DNA of 63,691 bases, filler included, from Octopus bimaculoides (taxonomy: Eukaryota), in the NCBI RefSeq assembly GCF_001194135.2. It is 7 parts of 6 records of this genome, joined end to end, with 100 filler letters (N's around TTAATTAATTAA, not from the genome) between each part and the next. Parts side by side here need not be neighbours in the genome. Positions count along the whole stretch, not along the records: positions 1 to 15,091 come from NC_068999.1; positions 15,192 to 35,342 come from NC_068983.1; 5 more parts are not named here. One strand, written 5' to 3'. This document shows positions 11,501 to 24,547 of this stretch, one piece after another (positions within the stretch are counted from its first letter, which is position 1; the number at the start of each line of letters is the position of its first letter). A model generated the notes under the pieces. It ran no database searches. It saw only the letters and a program-made list of their open reading frames with translations, and was not told the origin of the DNA. Position numbers and translations under genes: made by a program.

Positions 11501-11899
11501 GATATATCGCAACTATATTATGTATATCAATCGATCGTGTAGCATTTACAATATAGTAAGGTACCTTATTCTCTTGCAATCTGTATATATATATATATAT
11601 ATATATATCAAACAGCAATACTGTTATATTACTTATTTCCCAATGAACATTTTTACTCATGTTGAATGTCTGCATTCGTGTATGAAATCTGTTATTTACA
11701 AAGCACTGCACTCCTTTTTCAAGTGGCCTGCTAATTTATGATAATGCTCGGAAGTTTTAAATATTTGGTATATCCGTTCCCTTTATATTTTTACGTACAT
11801 GTTCATGTCTCTGTAAAAAGAAACACGCATACAGACACACAAATATATATACATTCAGACACGCTGAAATATGTATGTATGCATGTANNNNNNNNNNAT

Positions 11900-13667
11900 A
11901 TATATAACGGATTTCGTTCGAATTTATCTTTTCTAGAACCTGCATGAGGAATTTCCACAAATTAAGGGAAGGTTATATGGGGGCGATGCACTTTTTCTCA
12001 CCAAAAATGCATCAAATAGACGGAATTATTTAAAAGATTATAATTTGTTTCAAAAACTATGGACTCTCCATCTCCAAAATGATAAATCAGATAACTTTTT
12101 AGATGCTAATTTCAACTTTATAACTGCTAAACACGAAACTTTTCATAAATTAAATACTAATTTAAACTATGTTAATTTCTTTAGTAATCATGCAGGATCA
12201 ATTAAAAATACATTAATCTCAAAGATAGGAAAACGTATATCAAAGCTATCATTTAAAGAAGATATATTAACGAAAGATGCAGATTATTACAAGATGACTC
12301 TGGGTAAAGCCGGATACAGATACAAGATAAAATACTATCCACCAAATGATAAATATATACATTATAGAATAAATTATACGACAGGAGATAAAACTGATAG
12401 GACTGCAAATTCAATCAAAGCTAAACCTATGACTAAAAACAAATGCAGAATTAATAAATCATCTAATAATAAACTGTTAAGCGGTAATAATAATAAACTT
12501 GATATAAATAAACATCAACCTCGAACAGAAAACAGAATATAGAAAAAATATTAAATTTTCTTCTCAACATAATATTAATAATAAGCAACTGATAAATAAT
12601 TATCATTATTTTTATATTCACAAACATATAAATAATACAGCAGATGATGATAACAAACCGATAATTCCCTTGAATACTCATACCATTGATAATCTACGCA
12701 ATACTCATAACAGAAAACATCAATCATATACCCCTTCCATAAATTTTACTAAATCAAAAATAGATTATAAACACACTAAAAATAATTCAAAAAAATTAAT
12801 ACACTTTGGCTTATCATTCCATACGCTATTCAACTTTAAAATAATTTGATTAAATCTATATACAAGTCTATTTATGAGTCATTTAACAACTATAACAAAT
12901 ATAGAGAAATTATTAATTATAAACATGTCAGAGTTGGATTTAGTTTAAACTGTAACCTGTTCATGATTATATCATCTATTGACAACAAAAATAAGATAAT
13001 TTCGAGAGTAATAGAAATATCTAATACAACAATTCACCTCAAAACTAACATAACCTCCCATATCTAAATAATAATGTTAACGGCCATAAATACCTTAATG
13101 ATAGAAAGAAAATTACCCATATTGACTTCCTTCCTGATAATACTTCGAATCACATATATAAAGATATAAATGAAATTTGTGACTATAAGGTTAAAATTAA
13201 TTGAAAGAAAGATAACTTAGTCTACCAATGTATAATTGAATCTATAAGAAAGAAAATAGAATCAAAATTAGTGTGGCTAAGTATTTACAGAGATTTTAAA
13301 TGGACAAAAATTGAATTCTGCCGGAGTAAGTAAGTTCATACGGGAATTTAAGGAAAATAACATTGAATTTAAAATTAAATGGGAGATTGTGGGTTTTGAA
13401 GTCATATAAAATCTCCAACAAAAGATGTGAGCTGTGACTGAAGAAGCATATAAAATCCTTATTCTTTTATTCATTTACTAGTTTCAGGCATTTGACTGCA
13501 GCCATATTGGCGCACCGCCTTTAGTCGAGCAAATCAAACCCAGGACTTATTTTTTGTAAGCCTAGTACTAATTCTCTCGGACTCCTTTGCCGATCCGCTA
13601 AGTTACGGGAACGTAAATACACCAACATCGGTTGTCAAGCGATGTTGGGGGACAACATAGGCACACA

Positions 13668-13698
<31 letters not shown>

Positions 13699-14000
13699 GC
13701 ACACACACACACGCACACACACACACACACACGCGCGCGCGCGTACTATATATATATACGACGGGCTTCCTTCAGTTTCCGTCTATTAAATCCACTCACA
13801 AGGTTTCGGTCGGCCCGAGGCTATAGTAGAAGACAGTAGCCCAAGGTGTCACGCAGTGGGACTGAACCCTGAACCATGTGGTTGGTAAGCAAGCTATTTT
13901 CTACACAGCCACTCCTGCGCCGATATCTAGAAAACAAACGTAACTTGTCTTCATTCAGCGACATATATTTTCTCTTAGTATAGTTAAACTCTATACTCAT
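11900..14000 (+). mobile_element. Decayed Penelope-like element (RT C-terminus, linker, GIY-YIG), interrupted by a SINE
   Basis: One frame from 11967: GRLYGGDAL (decayed GLYRDDGL) ... NFLD ... SNHAGSIKNTLISKIGKRISKLS ... YYKMTLGKAGY; later KYREIINYKHVRVGFSLNCNLFMIIS, DNLVYQCII, IKWEIV, SYKISNKRCEL..EEAYKIL. All match PLE RT-thumb and GIY-YIG consensus as I recall it. Confidence 0.85.
13463..13921 (-). mobile_element. Full-length tRNA-derived SINE, family A
   Basis: Head GGCGCAGGAGTGGCTGTGT...GGTTCAGTCCC, internal (GT)n/(TA)n, tail GGCGGTGC...AGTCAAATG.CTGAAAC; many copies in the window. Confidence 0.9.
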
Positions 14001-15056
14001 AACATAGGGTAATATTGAATTATATAATATACTATTCACATAATATCCTCAAACATTTAGGAGACATATTACATATTGATATAACAGACCAAGGGTATTG
14101 AAAATGGTTCGTAGATACATCTATAAACACTAATTCAGATAACTATTACTCATTAAACATGTATGATACATAATATACTTCATTTTATTACCTTAAATTA
14201 ACAACTAAAATTCTAACAATAGCCTAAACAATAATTAATGTTGATTATCAACTAGTTTACCGGGATTAACTTATTCACTTGGCATTGAATAGATTTTGTA
14301 GCTATTTCTGTTAACACTAATTGAGATGACATATTCCTATCTATAACTAATACAACAGTCTTTCTATATTTACGCCTAACTGAATATTTTATTATTTTAT
14401 CTTACAATGCATAATATATTTGACCTAGCATTTTATGGTAATATCAATTTTAAACTATAATTAACAATACTTATTAATTAAATAATATAGATGAACTAAA
14501 TTCCAATATATTGATAATAACCCGAAATACTGTCTATGAGCTACATTTTCGATGAAGTAATACACAAGATCTCTATCTATCTAGAATGTAAAAAAATACT
14601 ATATATTCTGTATGCCTTTTATGTTGATGGATAAATATCTATGCATATCATTTTATGTAAATGTATTTAATAGAAGCGTTAATTAAATCACACTTAAATA
14701 TAAAGAAATACTATCGAAGTGAAGGTCAAAGTGAGTATATATGTGTATGATTATATGCCATGTACACGTACCGATGTGCATGAATTTGCCTACCTGTGCA
14801 TTTATGTATACGTTTATATATCCGCATGTGTACGTATACATGCGCTTCTATATAAATATATGTATATTTATATGTGCGCGTGTGTGTATGCGATTATTAC
14901 TGTGAGTCTTTTATTACCATATAATACCACACACGGATATATTGATAAACCGTTATGATTAGATGTTTTCTGTAACGCTTAACCGCATGTAAACTCATTA
15001 AAATTTCTGCAACCAATTGGCACTAATTAATATATAGAGTCTCTATGTTATTTTTT

Positions 15057-15091
<35 letters not shown>

Positions 15092-15135
15092 NNNNNNNNN
15101 NNNNNNNNNNNNNNNNNNNNNNNNNNNNNNNNNNN

Positions 15136-15147
15136 TTAATTAATTAA
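15136..15147. other. Artificial scaffold spacer TTAATTAATTAA in a 100-nt N44-12-N44 block (also 35387, 43109, 58288, 61037, 62386)
   Basis: Identical 12-mer with stops in all six frames, always centred between 44-N runs. Confidence 0.95.
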
Positions 15148-15191
15148 NNNNNNNNNNNNNNNNNNNNNNNNNNNNNNNNNNNNNNNNNNNN

Positions 15192-15222
<31 letters not shown>

Positions 15223-15252
15223 TTGTGGTTGTGTTTGTATTTCTCTGTGTGC

Positions 15253-15283
<31 letters not shown>

Positions 15284-15711
15284 GCGTAATTATGTTTATC
15301 TGCATTATTATCTCCAAATCAGCTTTTTTTTAGACTTCTCTCATAACGTATTTTCATGTTGCGGTTCTTGTCCTGGATGTAAAATTCAGAGTTTAAGTTC
15401 AGAATTATTCAAGCACTAACATGTGCCTTTTTGGTACTGAGCATAACTAGCTTCCAACGTTTTTATATTAGAATGAAAGCGCATAAATGATAAAATGGGC
15501 TACTTGAGATCTTTTTTCTTTCATTTCCAAGTGAATATAATTTAAGTATAATTGAAGAATCTCTGAATGGAGTATATTTTTTGACAAGTATATTTGTCAA
15601 GTATATAGTTGTTTTCAGAAAATCTAATCGACTTTACCACCTGACACAGGTAATTGATAGGGATGACATATTGAAGTCTCTCGAAAACTCCTTTAATATT
15701 TCGTTAAGATA

Positions 15712-15830
15712 AAACGGCGAATTGGTAGATTCGTTAGCATGCCGGGGGAAAATGCTCAGCTATATTCGTCCTTACATTTGAGTACTGAGTTCAAATTCCG
15801 CTAAGGTCGCCTTTAGTTTGACTTTCGTCA
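15712..15830 (+). mobile_element. Family C SINE head fragment
   Basis: GGCGA.TGGTAGATTCGTTAGCATGCCGG...GAGTTCAAATTCCGC matches 44195-44300. Confidence 0.65.
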
Positions 15831-16089
15831 ATTTTAGCCTCAATGGTCTTTGTTTTACGAAACGTAATGTAACTTATCAATCCACCCTTAAAATATGTTT
15901 TTCTTTCCTGAAACACCTCGGGCTATTTTCGAGATTTCATTTAATCTAGGTCTTCCGAACTTTTCCATGTTAAATTTTGAGATGTCGCTCACTGTATCCA
16001 ATTGTAACTTTACGTATGTGTTATTAATTTTCACATGCACAAATTTTGTTAAATTTTGGTCCTATTCTCATTTTGCTAATATCGGCAAA

Positions 16090-16701
16090 CATATATCTAC
16101 ACCCTTGCATGCAGTAAGCCTTTGAACAAAAACTAAAGATTTGAATATGTCCGGGGTCAGCTCATTCAATTTGTATATCTCAAACTCTCCGGCATAGGTG
16201 ACGAAATCTTCATCATATTTTTTGACCAAATATAAAGAGTGTCAGCAGGTATTGAACAGGGAACTTCTTTCACTAAAAAAAGTCGATATAATATTAATTG
16301 CTTCATCGAAACAAATGTCACCTGGCTTTTACGGCAGAATATAATAACTGTATTTTTCGTGTTCGGCAGGGAATAATTTTCTTAGAAGTGGTTGTACCTT
16401 TTTTTTCGTCAGACCAGCTATTACACTCGTCTTTGAAGATTTCATCGTATCTTCGAAAATTTGCAAAAAAGGTAATCCATCTTTCTGAATTATAGCTGAA
16501 TTTTTCAATTGAGTTTGCTACGCTGTCTGACGAGTACGTATCTGATGTATTTTACTCCTTCTTCAACATGAATTCCAGCAACTGTTGCTTTTTATGTTGC
16601 TGCAGTTATAGATGCTGCTGCAGTAATTGCTGTCGCAACTGATGTTGCTGCTGCTGTAGTTGCTGTTGCAACTGCACCATGGAGGACAATAATTTCTTCA
16701 T
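16090..16701 (-). pseudogene. Gypsy (Ty3/mdg4) gag remnant with polyQ N-terminus
   Basis: MKKLLSSMVQLQQQLQQQQ...; FSYNSERWITFFANFRRYDEIFKDECNSWSDEKKVQPLLRKL..EHEKYSYYILP; EDFVTYAG; ELTPDIFKSLVFVQ; stops and frameshifts. Confidence 0.8.
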
Positions 16702-16777
16702 GTTAAAGGATATTATTTGGTTTCGTACCAAAAAAGACAAATAAAATGGCTAAACTTCCAACGCAAGCTTCCAACAA

Positions 16778-16956
16778 CTCGTCGCCACTTTTATATCCTT
16801 GTGGTGGATATATAATAGAACGAAGCAGAAGGGATGAAAGTATATACACGACATACTACTACTGCTATTATGCGAAACTCAAAGCTGTATATTACTGGCT
16901 CAATGTGATCTGCTTACCAACACAAATTCCAATCCCTCAGTCTTTGTTTTATAACA
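16778..16956 (-). mobile_element. 5' LTR (16789-16956) and primer-binding site (16778-16788) of the Gypsy remnant
   Basis: Minus strand starts TGTTAT, ends ATATAA(A)A (one change from the expected ...ATAACA), followed by GTGGCGACGAG, just upstream of the gag ATG. Confidence 0.65.
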
Positions 16957-17233
16957 ATGAGTAAGTTTACCTTTTAGTCACTTGAATCCTTCCACAACAT
17001 ATTCCATGAAACAGTTTTGAGGATAAATGTAGCGATTATCTTCAACGTTCCTGAACAGTATTTTTACGATATCCATATATTCATTTCTCCTAGTAATTGG
17101 CGGCCCTTACGTCCCTATTACATACACATATGCACAGATACATTCATATATNNNNNNNNNNNNNNNNNNNNNNNNNNNNNNNNNNNNNNNNNNNNNNNNN
17201 NNNNNNNNNNNNNNNNNNNNNNNNNNNNNNNNN

Positions 17234-17279
<46 letters not shown>

Positions 17280-17839
17280 CATGCATATAGATATAAACCC
17301 ATGCATATACATGCAGACGCATGAGAAAAAGAGACAATGTGTGAGTGAGTATGAGAGAGAGATGAACAGATATGGAAGTGAATATGTGTGTGTATTACTA
17401 AATTTCTTCATCGGTATATCTGGGCAGATAAATTCTTATATAAATATACACACATATATAAACACCTGTATAGATCCAATATATACATGTGGTTTGTGCG
17501 CTTGTGTATGAACATACTTGCATGCATACATATATATATGTGTGTGTGTGTGTTTTATAAGTATACATATATATATATATATATATACATAAATTTATAT
17601 AGATATGAGTGATTATGAATATAGTTATATATATATTTACATGCGCCACACGCATACATATTTATGTGTACGTGTGTGCTTGTGTGTAAATATCTCTTCC
17701 CCATTTTCTTTCTAAATATACATATTTTACCGTCGATTTTGCATTTTCCCTTTCGGTGATTTGTTTTAGTTATTCTCTCTGTCCTTCCGTCCCTCCCCAC
17801 TCCCCCTCTATGCCTCTCCCCTTTCGTCCTCTATCTCCA

Positions 17840-17994
17840 TCTCTCTCTTCCTTCCTCTCTCTCTTCCTTCCTCTCTCTCTTCCTTCCTCTCTCTCTTCCT
17901 TCCTCTCTCTCTTCCTTCCTCTCTCTCTTCCTTCCTCTCTCTCTTCCTTCCTCTCTCTCTTCCTTCCTCTCTCTCTTCCTTCCTCTCTCTCTCT
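17840..17994. repeat. 16-bp minisatellite (TTCCTTCCTCTCTCTC) x about 9
   Basis: Period 16 seen at 17848, 17864, 17880 ... 17976. Confidence 0.9.
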
Positions 17995-18819
17995 TATAGT
18001 CTATCTACATTGATCATGCTTGCAGGATCATCGACGAGTGTTTGCCGTCAGCATTGCCTCTGGGGACATGGAGACATAGATTAATGAGATAGAGCAATCC
18101 AACAAAAATCGATATCTATTAGATGAATCAGTTCTGCTCAACTACTGGTATTATGAACTTTTTTGTTGATCATGTTATTACTGTGATACAAAATGTTAAG
18201 TGCAGAAATGCTGTTATTTTTTCCTAATATAGGAATCATGTAGTTTATTTTCTCGTCGTACGTCTTGATGGTACTCATGCTAAGAGTGACATGTTATTAT
18301 AATTATTATTGTTGTAATTTGTAATTATCTTTGCAACGAAAGCTCAGTACTGAGATTGAGCACGGCTATAATGAATTATGCTTCTCTCTTGAAAATCATG
18401 ACTTGTTTCAGACATATCATATTAAGGATCATATACACTCGTGCCTTTTAAACTGCATGTGCAACCTATCATTGGTGGGTATGTATTTTCTAATCGGATC
18501 GTATTTTTGTTGCTGTAGATGATTTTGCTAAGATGAGCTTGAAAACGACACGATGGCTTCTGGTCATCGCTACAGTTTAGTAAAGCTATACTGGGAAATA
18601 TTATTGTAAATCTACCCGACAGTTTCGGAACCATTTACCTGCTGTTTATACAAGATCACATAACATATATGTGTATTTTTGAATACATGTAAACGTGCAC
18701 TCGCCTGTGTGCTATACAATCAGAATTTCAACCGTCCTCCACTTCGGCACACTTTTTCCAAGTCATCGCTCAACATTCGATGCAATACTAAATAGTTTCA
18801 TATATTTTATAATCCAAGA

Positions 18820-19215
18820 ATGGTAGCTGACGATATGTGTATCTCTGATCATGAGCAGAAGTAGTGGGGGAGCATCATAGCCATGTGTTGAAAGGAATGC
18901 TTTCGGATTTGAATAATTCACCTTTGGAAACATGGGTGTTTTGCTCAACATCCTTAAACGAACCATATTCAGGAACTTTTTGAGCGGGATGGCTACTCGA
19001 CCTGAAGAAAATTCTAACTGAACCCTACCTGCAAGGTTACGCGCTGTTTATCTTGATATGAGATCACCATGTCACGCACATATGTTTCCGATGCATGTGC
19101 CAGGTGTACCCTTATCGGACGGGTAGTCATGATGGGTATATAGGGCTTCGTATGTTTGTACCCCAGTGTCCCTTTGATGGCATGCCCTGCTCTCTCACTC
19201 AATAACAAGATACAG
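18820..19215 (+). mobile_element. 3' UTR-type fragment of an abundant retroelement
   Basis: Higher-GC island ending CTCTCTCACTCAATAACAA (decayed AAT tail); recognised from memory as a common octopod repeat. Confidence 0.45.
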
Positions 19216-19219
19216 AAAA

Positions 19220-19408
19220 TAATAACATACAGAAAATTGCACAACTGGGCACTGCACACATCCTACGCAAAACATTTTCAATACAGTAACCATAAGAGCA
19301 CCACAGCAAACCACAGCACATACCCAAGGCGCACAGAGCTGCGCTCGGTAGTGAAGTGAAAGCACGTTATAAAAATAAAACTACTGAACAATGATAATAA
19401 TAATAATA

Positions 19409-19480
<72 letters not shown>
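19220..19480 (+). mobile_element. 3' end of a second R4/Dong-type LINE family with (TTA/AAT)n tail
   Basis: NIQKIAQLGTAHILRKTFSIQ*, matching the R4-type C-terminal LQKxxLLGTAxILR motif, then short UTR and trinucleotide repeat. Confidence 0.7.
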
Positions 19481-19483
<3 letters not shown>

Positions 19484-20214
19484 GTATAAGGAGCCACTCT
19501 CTTCAAAATTGATGTTTGAGCAAGTCTTCTCTAAATGTTCCGACATTCAGTCATGGCTTATGAGTTTTGTGAAGATATTGCATGTACGCAGTCTACAATA
19601 ACTCGAATTACATGCATGCTACTCTGATAAAGGTAGAATCAAATACGGTACATAATTAACGCTAATATATTAAGACAACAGCCTATGTAAATAATACGGT
19701 GTGTGAACTGCAAGAGTTTTGTATGGTTTTGAATGAAATGTGAATCATCACGAACTGACAGCCTCTTGGTGTGATTTGTAGGAATGCGTAGAAATATATA
19801 GAGAGAATTTTTTCTTACGCATTTTATAGTCTAATAATTGTTGGTTTTGTACTGAGGAGCGGTTCCAATGATCAGTAATTCGAATGGTATGTATGAAGCA
19901 ATTTTAATCGGGCTTGTAACAAACTTAGAAACGGAAAGTCATCGTGAAATCCATAAATCTGGGTAGCTTGGTGGGCAGAATTTGGAGGATCTGTTATTAA
20001 GATACATAATTGTTAGTAATGGCAATGACAGATGAAGTCAAAGACGAAGAAAAACAATGATAATGAATAAAAATTATAGAAGTGCTATTAATCAAAGTAA
20101 ATTCTATGAAGATATATAGCGAAAATATATAGTATAAATAATAAATATAAAACATAAAATGAAATATAACTAATGAAAGTGGATGATTATAAATACCGAA
20201 AATTAAAACTGAAT

Positions 20215-20216
20215 GG

Positions 20217-20278
<62 letters not shown>

Positions 20279-20281
20279 TTG

Positions 20282-20344
<63 letters not shown>

Positions 20345-20345
20345 T
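20215..20345. repeat. Compound (GAT)n(AAT)n microsatellite
   Basis: Direct reading. Confidence 0.95.
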
Positions 20346-20869
20346 ACTTAACGAGGGCAAGCGTGTTGATAAGAATAAGCATTAAAGTATTTTAATGATA
20401 CTAATATTTCACGAAAACAATTTTCAAATATTACATCAAAATTCCCCAAAGTTTGTCAAAAATATTTAAATTGTTATACAATTTCACACAATATAGTCTT
20501 AAGAGAAATGGCCTTCAGAAAAAAAAAACTTATTCCTGATGATATTTTATTGATGATAAAAACAATTTTTTAAAAATTCTTCAAAAATTCTCAAAAATCA
20601 CTGGAAATATCCATTCAATAAAAATCTTTCTTAGATAAAGGTTTTGAGATAGAAAATAGAAATATAACAGGAGAGGGGAGGAAGTTCATGAACTGGAGTG
20701 TGGATACAATAAAGTATTATGATGCAGAAAATAATAGATAGGAGTTGCAAAAATATTGATGGTTATGAAAAATAAAATTGCTTACAGTAATGATTCTAAC
20801 AAAGTAAACGTGCGATTGTGAATAAAATCTTTCTAATGTATGAATAAAAATGCTGATAGGGCAATTCAG

Positions 20870-21660
20870 AAGAAAAAATATTGGTTACAGCTTTTCGCAC
20901 AAGGTCAGCGGATTTGCGGGGAGGAACACACCGACAATAGTATTCAACTGGCATATATTTTATCGGCATCCAAGAGGATGAAACTCAAAATTGATCTCCG
21001 TGGAATTGGAACTCAGACGGCGATGACGGACTAGGTGCCAGTAAGCATTTTGTCTGGCGTACTAACGTTTCTTATTTATTGCCCACAAGGGGCTAAACAT
21101 AGAGAGGACAAACAAGGACAGACAAAGGGATGAAGTCGAATACATCGACCCCAGTGCGTAACTGGTACTTAATTTATCGACCCCGAAAGGCTGAAACGCA
21201 AAGTCGACCTCGGCAGAATTTGAACTCAGAACGTAACTGCAGACGAAATACCGCTAAGCATTTCGCCCGGCGTACTAACTTATCTGCCAGCTCATTACCT
21301 TAATAATTGTTTTCAATTTTGGCACAAAACCAGCAGGTTCGGAGGGGGTGGTAAGTCGATCACATCAATCCAGGTATTCTACAGGTACTTTCGTTATCGA
21401 TTCTGGGAAGATGTAAATAAAGTCAACCTCAACGGAATTAAACTCAGAACGTAAAAATCGGTGAAGATCGCCACCTTAATGATCCATTCCTGAATTATTT
21501 TAGGTGAAGTGATAAGTCAATTACACCGACCCCCGTCCTCAACTGATATTTCATCCCGAAGGACAAAAACAGTTGATCTCGGTGGAATTTGAACTGCAAA
21601 CGAAATGGCGATAAGAAATGTGTACGGCGTACTAACGTCTCTACCACCTTGCCGCCTAAA
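20870..21660 (-). mobile_element. Four head-to-tail family C tRNA-SINEs (about 20870-21070, 21073-21300, 21305-21480, 21490-21660)
   Basis: Each has the reverse complement of GCCTTTCATCCTTTCGGGGTCGATAAA and GAGTTCAAATTCC; the 21073-21300 copy is least decayed. Confidence 0.8.
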
Positions 21661-22129
21661 TTATAATAAAAATATTTCTATACGTTTCAAGTTTGAGGAC
21701 ACACACACACACAATTTGTGTAGTGTTGTCATAATTTAAAACATAAATGTAACATCAGGGAGAGTGAATCTCAAAAGGTTGTCCTACTAAAGAAGTATAC
21801 TTTGTATGTGTAAAGCTTAGTATAAACAAATAGCTTCCTTTGCTCAAAGAAGGATGTATATGCTGGTTCAACCTGAAGGTCAATCCGTTAGATATAAATC
21901 CGCTAAATATTTGAGTACCAGCTTGTTGCTAGTAAAAATATCTGCAATACAAATAATCAATGGCCTGACGTCTGTTTGGGATATTCGGTTGGGTTTCGAT
22001 TATTTATTGAGAGAGAGATCCTCCTGATGGAGTACTGCTAACGTTGGGAAAGTACCTAAGTCCCTCTACGTCTAGTCAAGCATTCTGTTCAGATAAAGAG
22101 AAAAGCAACACAACTATCCTATCTAATAT

Positions 22130-22310
22130 AGGCACAATGCCTGAAATTTTGTCGGTCCTAGTAATCAAATGGTACTTATTTTAACGACCACGAAAGGATG
22201 AAATGCATGGTTGAACTCTGAGGATTTTGAAAACAGAACGTAGTTCCGGACGAAATACCACTATGCATTTTCCCAGAGTGTTAACAATTCTGCTAGCTCA
22301 CTGTCTTACA
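22130..22310 (-). mobile_element. Family C SINE
   Basis: Same body (ACGACCACGAAAGGATGAAA...GACGAAATACC). Confidence 0.7.
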
Positions 22311-23040
22311 AGCGTTAAAAATAAATAATACTAGCTAAAACATCGACCCAACACCGTTAACCGTCAGAGTCGAAGAATCTTTGTTGACTTACCAACTTCA
22401 TCATATACTTGTGCAAAATCACCGTAGACATCCAGTGACAACCTCTGAATGAATTTGACTGCTTTAACCAGTGAGCTAGAGCACTCTATAAGAAATTAAA
22501 TATGATAAGCCCCATTATGGTTTAACGTATGTTATCAAAGAAATGAAGGTTGTGTACGATATATCTCTTATTAATTTCAGCCGATCTTGTCACATTTCTC
22601 TCGGCCTGTGTTCAGTAACACTGGCAAACAGGTCCAAGATATCTTTCTTTAGTCTTATTTCCACCTTGTATTAGATATTAGGACACGAGCGCAAGAAACC
22701 AAATCTGACTTTCAGAGTAATACTTCAATCGACGGACGCAGCCGTTGAGATATGTCTCTACAATTTCTAACGTATACGCCTTTCAAGATATTACAGTTAA
22801 CGCAAGTTTCCATAACGTTATGAGTTCAAACTATCTCGTGTATGAATGTATGTACGCATGTATGCATGCATGTATGTATGTATGTATGTATGTACGGATG
22901 TATGTATGTTTGTATGTATTTATATATGTATGTATGTATGTATCTATGTATCTATGTATGTATGTATGTATGTATGTATGTGTTCCTATGGCCAAAGATT
23001 ACCGTGAATTTTTTAGAGACACTTTCAAATTTATCAGAAT

Positions 23041-23105
23041 ATCGGACTGATGATTTGGAATAGGGAAATTTTCATTCCCTTAGCCATGAAACGATCGTAT
23101 CCGAT
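23041..23105 (+). ncRNA. Minimal type I hammerhead ribozyme, intact core, GUA site
   Basis: Helix I atcgga(23041-46)/tccgat(23100-05); CTGATGA 23047-53; helix II tgg..gggaa/ttccc..cca; GAA 23088-90; perfect palindrome ACGATCGT 23091-98; A17 at 23099. Confidence 0.8.
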
Positions 23106-23466
23106 TAACTAAAGACTTGTTTTCTTTATGCTTTCCCCTCCGGTTTTTTGTTCTATGTGTGCCATAAATATCGCCATCCATTTAGAGAAAAATTTGTAGT
23201 TTAGAATCAGTAGTTCTTTGACTGCTATTTCTAAATTTTCAGTATGTTGGAGAAGCAACTCAATGCTAATCCCTGTATATTTATGNNNNNNNNNNNNNNN
23301 NNNNNNNNNNNNNNNNNNNNNNNNNNNNNNNNNNNNNNNNNNNNNNNNNNNNNNNNNNNNNNNNNNNNNNNNNNNNNNNNNNNNNNNNNNNNNNNNNNNN
23401 NNNNNNNNNNNNNNNNNNNNNNNNNNNNNNNNNNNNNNNNNNNNNNNNNNNNNNNNNNNNNNNNNN

Positions 23467-23581
<115 letters not shown>

Positions 23582-24181
23582 GTGTATTTATAAAACTATC
23601 TATACACACATAACTTTGCAACTCCTTTTCTCATAAAAGTATAACAGAAAACAAACATGGGCAAAAAGATGTGTGCCTGTTCGTCGAACTGAATGACTTA
23701 TGTATGCTTAAGCGAATCCCATTTTCTTTTGTTTTAGTTCTAGCCAGTTTACATTGACGCTAATTAATATCAAAGTTCACGGAAAGTTTTAGCTAACAGC
23801 CAACTAACACCTATATCTTCTCTTCTGCTTAACATTTTTCAATAACACATAAGGAAATTGGAGAAATTTTGTAAAGAAAATCATTTTAGCAAACCTATTA
23901 AGTAAGTTAATCGAAAATAACAAAGTTTCTCCTTCTTTTAGCACCTTTGCATGAAAGATAAATTATTTATATGCCAAATCAACACTTTTGGAATAAAATA
24001 TCAAGCTAATTAATTTGCAAATCAAGACTTTTTTTTTCACCGAGAAAATTGCTTGCCTCAACGAAAATAAACGAGATTATGAATGTGTGTTTCCATATGT
24101 GCTTGCATGTAGGCGTATATGTATGCATGTGTGTGTATGTGTTTTTGTGTGTATGTGTACATATGTATGTATATATGTATG

Positions 24182-24214
<33 letters not shown>

Positions 24215-24502
24215 NNNNNNNNNNNNNNNNNNNNNNNNNNNNNNNNNNNNNNNNNNNNNNNNNNNNNNNNNNNNNNNNNNNNNNNNAATACTTTATTTCA
24301 TAGTACCATCCATTTTTATTTTATATTATATATTTTATATTATATTATATATTGTATATTCCATATTCTATATCCCACATTGGTTTTGCAGGAATATAAA
24401 TAAAACATAAAAAACAGACAGTGTTGGAACTCTTTTAAACAAAATAATATATTCCTCTATACACAATCATACAAAACCCCCTTTTTTGTATTTATTTTTA
24501 CT

Positions 24503-24547
<45 letters not shown>

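Noticed and set aside
14484-14540. TAGATGA ... GAAATACTGTC downstream of the 12-14 kb PLE
   Set aside because: Position fits a pLTR HHR but there are at least three core changes and no helix II; too degenerate.
18615-18635. Minus-strand GAAACTGTC half-hammerhead
   Set aside because: No CUGANGA upstream on that strand.
18020-18640. Possible small exons after TGCAG/TGTAG acceptors
   Set aside because: All frames close quickly, no clear donor, no recognisable protein.
23109-23285. Minus-strand peptide HKYTGISIELLLQHTENLEIAVKELL...
   Set aside because: No recognisable family; runs into a gap; could be chance.
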